This document shows positions 1 to 5,204 of a DNA stretch of 5,747 nucleotides, piece after piece. This DNA comes from a virus: positions 1 to 5,747 of the IMG/VR virus record IMGVR_UViG_3300045988_000087; one strand, written 5' to 3'. Position 1 is the stretch's first letter. The number at the start of each line of letters is the position of its first letter. The notes beneath the pieces are model-generated. The model was not told the origin of the DNA. It saw nothing but the letters and a program-made list of their open reading frames with translations, and did no database searches. The translations under genes were made by a program, and so were the position numbers.

Positions 1-97
1 GTTTTTTTGGTTTGAATGGCGCTTTAGCGCCTTGCCGTGTGGAGCGCAAGCGGAACTCGGCTAATCCATTCATTGTAAGCGCTGTGCGCGTTTTCAA
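1..97. repeat. Terminal direct repeat, left copy (assembly or linearisation overlap of a circular molecule)
   Basis: Bases 1..97 match 5651..5747 exactly when compared base by base. Confidence 0.97.
18..31. other. Mini-hairpin GGCGC-TTTA-GCGCC
   Basis: 5-bp GC stem with a TTTA loop. The core CGCTTTAGCG recurs at 225..234. Confidence 0.6.
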
Positions 98-203
98 CAC
101 TTTCAACACTTTCAACAGGTTTTCAACAAAATGTTGCACAATGATTTTAGTCATTTTGACGAACTTTCAACAATTCAACAAGTTTTCAACAAATCTTTCA
201 ACA
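92..203 (+). repeat. Iteron-like array: 8 same-orientation copies of TTCAACA, 7 of them extended to TTTCAACA
   Basis: Heptamer starts are at 93, 102, 111, 122, 166, 174, 185 and 197. The first three copies are a 9-bp tandem (TTTCAACAC/TTTCAACAC/TTTCAACAG). A degenerate copy TTCAACT lies at 251..257 and an inverted partial copy TGTTGCA at 132..138. Confidence 0.9.
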
Positions 204-223
204 GTGCTTTTTGCTTTTTATTT

Positions 224-235
224 ACGCTTTAGCGT
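224..235. other. Mini-hairpin ACGC-TTTA-GCGT
   Basis: 4-bp stem with the same TTTA loop and the same CGCTTTAGCG core as 18..31. It lies on the opposite flank of the heptamer array. Confidence 0.55.
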
Positions 236-340
236 TATATTTTAGTACTTTTCAACTTTTCCACTGTCTCTACTACTACTCCTACAACAAGTTAATATTT
301 TACAACGCTTGTGAGCTTGCGAACAACAGCGTTGAAGAAG

Positions 341-383
341 CGCGCGTGCGCGCGTGCGCGCTTCGCGCGCGTGCGCACGCGCG
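341..383. other. GC-rich alternating purine/pyrimidine imperfect palindrome (very stable hairpin or cruciform; Z-DNA-prone)
   Basis: 341..351 CGCGCGTGCGC pairs perfectly with 373..383 GCGCACGCGCG. The stem continues through 352..359/365..372 with 6 Watson-Crick pairs and 2 G-T pairs, leaving the loop GCTTC (360..364). Bases 366..383 also form a perfect 18-nt palindrome. The two blocks, of 20 and 19 nt, are strictly alternating Py/Pu. Confidence 0.85.
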
Positions 384-443
384 ATAGAATATATCTACTT
401 GATAGACTGAATAGGCTGATATATGGAGCCTTTAAATGACAAT

Positions 444-475
444 AGCCCAGTACCTTACTTGATAGGTACTGGGCT
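444..475 (-). terminator. 12-bp perfect hairpin just downstream of the VP4 stop; candidate end-of-operon terminator and/or origin structure
   Basis: AGCCCAGTACCT (444..455) pairs with AGGTACTGGGCT (464..475) around an 8-nt loop. It begins 11 nt after the VP4 stop codon in the minus sense. The trailing sequence ATTGTCATTTAAAGG is only a weak U-tract, so terminator function is uncertain. Confidence 0.45.
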
Positions 476-486
476 AGGTGACACCG

Positions 487-1506
487 TTAGAGTGTCCCCC
501 TCTTCTTCATTTGCTTCTTTATCACCCTTTCTTTTGTCTCGCACTGTTCTGCAAAGTCTGTGTTTTCATACTTTAGCCGGTTTTCTGCAATTGCTGCTGC
601 TTGTCTGTTCTGTTTAATTCTCCACAATCTTTGTGGGTTTTCAGCTTCCATCATTTTTTCATAATAACGCGGAATTTGTGCGCGTTTGCCGTTTGTGCAT
701 TGGATATACCCTTGCTTCCAGATTTCAGCTTTGTGTTCTTGATAGTAGTGGTCTCCTAAGCCCGGCTTGAGGCTCATACATGCAAAAGGTTTTTGTTGCC
801 CTAGTTCATAGTACTTGTTTGCTTTTTGACCGTCTATCTCATACATTTTTTTCGTGACGTATCCTGCAACATATCTATACGTTTCTGGCACTGCTTGTGC
901 TATCTGGATTTGACCCATGCCCCATAAGTCTACTAGCCATTTACTTGTGAAGTATCCGTTATGTTGTATCTTGTATAGGTGCTCTAGGTCTGTTGGTTGC
1001 CATCCGTATAGAATCATGTGATAGTGTGGTCTTGCTGTCTGTTCTCCGTACTCTCCCGCTACAAAATAGCGTAATTTGCCCCTATAAGCCTTTCTGAGAC
1101 GTTTTAAGAATTTTTGAATGTCAGGATATAGCAACGTTTGGACGCTTTCTGGGCGCTTCTCTCCCGGCTTCCAGACGTACTGCACTTTTCGCATGATTTC
1201 ACCTGTGTTTACTATCATGCCCGGTACGTGGTCATCGTCATAGGTTAATGTTATAAACCAAACTTCTTCTCTTGGATAATCTCGTGCTTCTAATTCTATT
1301 CGTGTTGTCCAGTCCTCGCGTTGTCGAATTCTACATCCGATGCATTGCCCACATGGTATTAACATGACATCTTTTCTATACATCAGGTCTTCATATTTTG
1401 GCTGTTTCCCGCTTATTTCAGAAAAGCGGGCAAGTGAATACACCCGCCCGCTTATGTCTTTATTTTCTGGGTTGTACAGCCTTATTAATGGCTTGTAGCA
1501 ACTCAT
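487..1506 (-). CDS. Replication initiation protein VP4 (HUH rolling-circle endonuclease; phiX174 protein A analogue)
   Basis: 339-aa ORF with motif I FITLTYDD, motif II HYHMILYG (HUH) and motif III YVAGYVTKK, which has two Tyr spaced Y-x3-Y. The N-terminus has the CGQCIGCR Cys cluster and the MSCYKPL start typical of gokushovirus VP4. The start codon overlaps the VP2 stop as ATGA. Confidence 0.93.
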   Translation of the reverse strand: MSCYKPLIRLYNPENKDISGRVYSLARFSEISGKQPKYEDLMYRKDVMLIPCGQCIGCRIRQREDWTTRIELEARDYPREEVWFITLTYDDDHVPGMIVNTGEIMRKVQYVWKPGEKRPESVQTLLYPDIQKFLKRLRKAYRGKLRYFVAGEYGEQTARPHYHMILYGWQPTDLEHLYKIQHNGYFTSKWLVDLWGMGQIQIAQAVPETYRYVAGYVTKKMYEIDGQKANKYYELGQQKPFACMSLKPGLGDHYYQEHKAEIWKQGYIQCTNGKRAQIPRYYEKMMEAENPQRLWRIKQNRQAAAIAENRLKYENTDFAEQCETKERVIKKQMKKRGTL

Positions 1507-2372
1507 TTTAGATAATCGCCCGGCTTTCTCTTCTCTCCGTATGTTCCAGTTTTGTCTTGCGGCTTTATGCTCCTACTTTGTTCTGTGCTTTTTCCTTTTC
1601 CCATTTTATCCGTTGCCTTTGTGATGGCTTCTTTTGTGTTGTCTCCGACTTCCGTAAGTGCCTTTTGCAGTCCGTATGGTGTCATATGTGTTTCGCTTAG
1701 CATTTGTTGCCAGCTTTGTGCCGCGTTATACCAGTCACTTTGATTCCAACTTGAGCTTGAGTATGCATTTGGCACAAACCCTCCGCTTCGGCTTACTCCT
1801 AGTGCGCTGCTACTTGCCAGCCCCATACTTGCACCGCTGATTGTTCCTGCACTCCCGCCCGGTGTGCTTGCACCTCCGTTTGCAAAGGCTAAGATAGGGT
1901 TAAGCCCTGCTTTTTTCATGTCTTCTACGGCACGCTGGTATGCTGTGCTTGACATGTGTTCTTGCCATTCACGGTTTGCTAGTGCTTCTGCACTGTTGTA
2001 GTTCATTGCTACGCTGTTTTCAATGTGGTTATATACGCCTTGCATGATTGCTTGTAAGGTGTTGTAACCCATCTGTTTTAGCATGCTTTGACTGTTGTAT
2101 TTACCTTGTATGGCAGCCTCTTGCCCTTGGTATGCATATGCCTGCTTTAACCAGTCATTTACCTGCTGAATGTTTGTTCCTGCTTGACTTCCGCTTTCGG
2201 AATGTCCACCGCCTTGGCTTACGCTCCCGCCTTGGCTTTGGCCGTTGCCTGTCTGACCCCATCCACCAAATGTTCCGGCGATTTGTTTTCCGGCGTTTGC
2301 AAATGTTCCAACTGTATTTGCAATGTTTCCGGCTACGTTGAGTGCTGTTAAGAATCCTGATAATGCGCTCAT
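1503..2372 (-). CDS. Minor capsid / DNA pilot protein VP2 (phiX174 H analogue)
   Basis: 289-aa ORF. It has a Gly/Ser/Gln-rich low-complexity N-terminal third and the conserved block HMSSTAYQRAVEDMKKAGLNPILAF, characteristic of gokushovirus VP2. It lies directly after VP1. Confidence 0.85.
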   Translation of the reverse strand: MSALSGFLTALNVAGNIANTVGTFANAGKQIAGTFGGWGQTGNGQSQGGSVSQGGGHSESGSQAGTNIQQVNDWLKQAYAYQGQEAAIQGKYNSQSMLKQMGYNTLQAIMQGVYNHIENSVAMNYNSAEALANREWQEHMSSTAYQRAVEDMKKAGLNPILAFANGGASTPGGSAGTISGASMGLASSSALGVSRSGGFVPNAYSSSSWNQSDWYNAAQSWQQMLSETHMTPYGLQKALTEVGDNTKEAITKATDKMGKGKSTEQSRSIKPQDKTGTYGEKRKPGDYLK

Positions 2373-2374
2373 TT

Positions 2375-2400
2375 AAAAATAGCCCGGATTTCTCCGGGCT
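2375..2400 (-). terminator. Intrinsic terminator/attenuator between VP1 and VP2
   Basis: In the minus sense: AGCCCGGA-GAAA-TCCGGGCT (8-bp GC-rich stem with a GAAA tetraloop, 2381..2400), followed by ATTTTTAA and then the VP2 ATG. Confidence 0.6.
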
Positions 2401-2410
2401 TCCTCCTTTC

Positions 2411-4099
2411 TTACAGTTTGTACAAGCCCGGTACGCTGTATAACGGCATCCGTCTCGTGGTTTTGTTTGCTACACGGATTGCTCCGAAAAATTGCGGTTC
2501 ATTTTCTACGATGAGTGTGCGTGCAATTTCTGCTTTTCCTTCTGCCATCCATCCCTGTGATAGTGTCGGCACGGTTGAATATTTGTCAGCATAGTGCCAA
2601 AAATCCAGCGTTCCTGTTGCGTTGCTTCTCATTTTGCCGGATACTCTGTTTGGCTTCATTCTGTAGTCTGCCCATGCTTCTTGATATCCAAACGTCTCTT
2701 CGTCTTTTTCCGTGCCGGTGAGCATGATTTCTTTCTTTTTTACAGGTTGTTCACCTAAGTTTGCGAGCTGAGGTACATAATAGTCAAGTCTGTCGAGCCG
2801 GCTCCAGAAACGTTCCAGGCCTTGCTGATAGCTGTGATTGTGTCGTACACAACATACTCCGATTACAAAGCCGTGCTCCTCGAAAGATTTTGTAAAACTG
2901 TTTTCATTGATTGGTGTCACTGATACTGCACCGGTTTCACCAATAGGTGTGTTAGTGTTGTCCTGCTGTCCGCTTGTCTGCACAATCTGATTGATATTGA
3001 CGTGATATCTGCCGCCGCCAAGGTATTCCGGGATTTGTACAGTTTTATCAGAGATTACCACATCCCATAGTGCCTGTACCTGTTCGCGGTAACGGCTGCC
3101 GCCTCTTGCCAGTGCCTCGTAGTATTGCTGTACTGCCACGGCTTTTCGCAATTCGTTAATTGTCGTTGCGGTTACTCTGCTAAGGTCTGCACCTAAGAAG
3201 GCCGTATCGTTTACTTGACTTGTCGAATCTGAACTGCCTGTTACTAGCGCATATCCTTTGTGGTCTGCGTTTCGACTGTTGCCGATATTTGGCGCAAGTG
3301 CGTTTCCGCTTAGCGTCTGGTTCAAGTAGATTTCCATGTGTCCACCTACCGTTCCAAACTCTGTTAGCTGTGTGTTTTTATACATTCCAACCGGTGCGTT
3401 ACCATCTAACGGCAATGTAACTTCCGGCCCGCGCTGAGGGTACGGCAGACAGCTTGAGAAGTAGTCATGGAACTTGTTTACCGGTAAGCATCTGCCACCG
3501 TTTATTGCTTTCATTAAGATTTTGTCTGTTTCGATTTCGCCTTCGCCGCCGTCTTGATAAACTACGTTTGCATCATCGGTTTTGATGGTTGCTGCATTAT
3601 CTACATTTTCATCTCTGAAAAATTCATTCCAGATTTTTACATATGCTCGGATTGGCAGTGCGTTTGCTTTAAAAACGTTTTCAATTTTCGTTGGGATTCC
3701 CATGTAATCCAGTATTGATCCTTCATACGGCTGCGGATTATCTTTTTTGCCGTTAATGACGATGTTGGGCACTTTATATTCTTTTTTCGGCATCCATGGC
3801 GTTGCCTCTACTTCTCCCATAAACTGCCTGAAATTATCCCATATGATTCGATTTGGACAATAGAAGTAATAGAAGTCAATGAATGCATCATCCATCACCG
3901 GATACTTCGGCGTGGTCATTCTGATGATTGCTGACGTGTTCACGTTAAACGTGTCGCCCGGCAATACTTCGTCCACGTAAAATGGAATCAGTTTGCCGGA
4001 ATCAAACGTTGTTAGAATAGTCTGGTCGCGGTTGAATCGTGTTCGACTTGCTTTCATTTCTGGAATTTGGTTGAAGTGCCGTTCGTTGTTTCGGCTCAT
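2411..4099 (-). CDS. Major capsid protein VP1 (phiX174 F-like jelly-roll capsid)
   Basis: 562-aa ORF. The N-terminus FNQIPEMKASRTRFNRDQTILTTFDSGKLIPFYVDEVLPGDTF...FIDFYYFYCPNRIIWDNF is the canonical Microviridae capsid signature. The Shine-Dalgarno site is GAGGAGGAAGAAAAATG. The start overlaps the VP3 stop as ATGA. Confidence 0.96.
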   Translation of the reverse strand: MSRNNERHFNQIPEMKASRTRFNRDQTILTTFDSGKLIPFYVDEVLPGDTFNVNTSAIIRMTTPKYPVMDDAFIDFYYFYCPNRIIWDNFRQFMGEVEATPWMPKKEYKVPNIVINGKKDNPQPYEGSILDYMGIPTKIENVFKANALPIRAYVKIWNEFFRDENVDNAATIKTDDANVVYQDGGEGEIETDKILMKAINGGRCLPVNKFHDYFSSCLPYPQRGPEVTLPLDGNAPVGMYKNTQLTEFGTVGGHMEIYLNQTLSGNALAPNIGNSRNADHKGYALVTGSSDSTSQVNDTAFLGADLSRVTATTINELRKAVAVQQYYEALARGGSRYREQVQALWDVVISDKTVQIPEYLGGGRYHVNINQIVQTSGQQDNTNTPIGETGAVSVTPINENSFTKSFEEHGFVIGVCCVRHNHSYQQGLERFWSRLDRLDYYVPQLANLGEQPVKKKEIMLTGTEKDEETFGYQEAWADYRMKPNRVSGKMRSNATGTLDFWHYADKYSTVPTLSQGWMAEGKAEIARTLIVENEPQFFGAIRVANKTTRRMPLYSVPGLYKL

Positions 4100-4494
4100 T
4101 TTTCTTCCTCCTCTGCTTTAGGTTCTGCTTCAAGTTCTGCTGTTGCCATTTTTTGCAGTTTTTCAAGCTTCATTGCATTTGCCTGTGCGGTTGCGATCAT
4201 GCTATGATACTCGTGAATGTTTTGCGGCCATTCTGTAATATCCGTGTATGTATCGTTTAGTGCTCCTTCCGACAGGCTTTTCAGAAACTGCGGGTCAAAA
4301 CTTGCTTTTCGGACAATGTTTTTTATATCGCACTCGTCTGCATAGCTTTCAATTTCCTGCTGGATGTCGATTGGTGCTGTTTCCTGTAGCTCTTCCTGCC
4401 CTTTTTCGTTCTTTGTCCAGACGTACTGCTTCCGAAATTTTTCACCCGATTCAGAAAAGAAGGGCTTTCGCCCTTCTTCGTATCGTTTATTCAT
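4096..4494 (-). CDS. Internal scaffolding protein VP3
   Basis: 132 aa from MNKRYEEGRK. It contains the gokushovirus VP3-like block ESYADECDIKNIVRKA and an acidic C-terminus. I chose the start at 4494 because GGGAGGG lies 9 nt upstream and the ATG overlaps the VP5-like stop (ATGAATAA). The track start at 4614 would add 40 aa that overlap the upstream gene out of frame. Confidence 0.8.
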   Translation of the reverse strand: MNKRYEEGRKPFFSESGEKFRKQYVWTKNEKGQEELQETAPIDIQQEIESYADECDIKNIVRKASFDPQFLKSLSEGALNDTYTDITEWPQNIHEYHSMIATAQANAMKLEKLQKMATAELEAEPKAEEEEK

Positions 4495-4726
4495 TAGGCT
4501 TGCCCTCCCATGCTTTTTCTTTGTCGTTGGTGAAGACACCGGTCTCGTCGTTGAACTTTGCCAGTTTGTAGCCGATGTAGTCCCCCGGCGCCTGTCCAAT
4601 AAAGGTCTTTTCATCTTTTGCCATTACGTTGCACATACGTGCAAAGGTTGCGTTGTTCTTACTTTCGCCCACCCATGCATAGCACTTTGCTACGTTGTCC
4701 CAAATTCCATAATACAGATGTTCCAT
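4487..4726 (-). CDS. VP5-like non-structural protein (putative phiX174 C analogue, ssDNA synthesis/packaging)
   Basis: 79 aa. The pattern MEHLYYGIWDNVAKCY...KNNATFARMC...PGDYIGYKLAKFNDETGVF matches my recollection of the ORF5/VP5 family (Y-I-D-x-V..., ND-x-A-x-R, DY-x-LY-x-G-x-FD-x-TG). It sits immediately upstream of VP3, as in gokushoviruses. The Shine-Dalgarno site is AAAGGAAAAGACAATG. Confidence 0.6.
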   Translation of the reverse strand: MEHLYYGIWDNVAKCYAWVGESKNNATFARMCNVMAKDEKTFIGQAPGDYIGYKLAKFNDETGVFTNDKEKAWEGKPNE

Positions 4727-4742
4727 TGTCTTTTCCTTTCTT

Positions 4743-4865
4743 TTACAGTCGGATACCGCCGCGCATGGGTTTCTGGCTAAGGTTGATCGTTTTCGTCTTT
4801 CTTGCGGTTACGTTGAACATGCGGCGATCTTTTGCGCCGTTCATTGTCTTACGATGTCGTGCCAT
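4743..4865 (-). CDS. Small basic DNA-binding protein (phiX174 J / gokushovirus ORF8-like)
   Basis: Hand-translated 40 aa: MARHRKTMNGAKDRRMFNVTARKTKTINLSQKPMRGGIRL. It has 12 Arg/Lys against 1 acidic residue. The C-terminal PMRGGIRL and the F-x-x-TA-x-K motif are typical of microvirus DNA-condensing proteins. A strong Shine-Dalgarno site GAAGGGAG lies 7 nt upstream. It is below the ORF-track length cut-off. Confidence 0.7.
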   Translation of the reverse strand: MARHRKTMNGAKDRRMFNVTARKTKTINLSQKPMRGGIRL

Positions 4866-5073
4866 TGTTGTACTCCCTTCTGGTTAGTTCCATTTCGATA
4901 GCATTTGTAAAGCTTTTCATTTGCCAAATTTCTTCTACTAGCCTTTTGGCATCTTCGATGTTTGATACTTTTCTAAGCATTTTGTAATTGCCGTCAATTT
5001 CTTTGTATTTTCGCTCAAGTAGAATTTCTAGTGCTTCTTTGGTCTGGTCTCTTACGTTCCATGCTTTGTGCAT
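4849..5073 (-). CDS. Hypothetical protein, 74 aa; charged and probably helical; no recognisable family
   Basis: The ORF is open from 5145. I chose the start at 5073 (MHKAWNVRDQ...) because AAGGAG lies 10 nt upstream and it follows the stop of the preceding 40-aa ORF by 7 nt. Its 3' end overlaps the J-like gene by 17 nt and carries that gene's Shine-Dalgarno site. Confidence 0.55.
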   Translation of the reverse strand: MHKAWNVRDQTKEALEILLERKYKEIDGNYKMLRKVSNIEDAKRLVEEIWQMKSFTNAIEMELTRREYNNGTTS

Positions 5074-5080
5074 TATGGCT

Positions 5081-5203
5081 TTACTCCTTTTCGTTTTCGT
5101 TGATGCTATCATGCAGTGCGTGATAGATTTCGTCAAGCTTTTCAAGAATCTGCATCATAATGCGGATTGCCTGTTTGACGTCTTTAATGGAAATCAGTGC
5201 CAT
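5081..5203 (-). CDS. Hypothetical small protein, 40 aa (amphipathic-helix-like; acidic C-terminus)
   Basis: Hand-translated: MALISIKDVKQAIRIMMQILEKLDEIYHALHDSINENEKE. The Shine-Dalgarno site AAAGGGGG lies 7 nt upstream. The ATG starts 1 nt after the peptidase stop codon, a tight coupling consistent with the rest of the operon. It is below the ORF-track cut-off. Confidence 0.5.
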   Translation of the reverse strand: MALISIKDVKQAIRIMMQILEKLDEIYHALHDSINENEKE

Positions 5204-5204
5204 T

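Noticed and set aside
92-203. Possible CRISPR array or tandem-repeat satellite
   Set aside because: The repeat unit is only 7-9 nt, with 1-37 nt between copies. That is far too short for CRISPR repeats and spacers, and there is no leader or cas context. An iteron or binding-site array is the better description.
12-245. Plus-strand 77-aa ORF (MNGALAPCRVERKRNS...FNTFNTFNRFSTK...)
   Set aside because: It runs through the TTTCAACA array, and its periodic FNT/FNK residues are simply the translated repeats. It has no Shine-Dalgarno site, lies on the strand opposite every real gene, and contains the promoter-proximal hairpins. It is most likely non-coding.
271-286. (TAC)3-TCC-TAC trinucleotide run
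   Set aside because: It is too short, at three perfect units, to be treated as a functional microsatellite on its own. It is noted only as part of the structured intergenic region.
4495-4614. 40-aa N-terminal extension of the VP3 ORF (MKRPLLDRRRGTTSATNWQSS...)
   Set aside because: It overlaps most of the VP5-like gene out of frame, has low-complexity S/T/R composition and lacks a Shine-Dalgarno site. The internal ATG at 4494 has a GGGAGGG site and the stop/start overlap typical of this genome.
5074-5145. 24-aa N-terminal extension of the 98-aa track ORF (MKSLTKSITHCMIASTKTKRSKAI)
   Set aside because: It overlaps the hand-found 40-aa ORF in another frame and has no Shine-Dalgarno site. The ATG at 5073 is preceded by AAGGAG. 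The longer form cannot be fully excluded.
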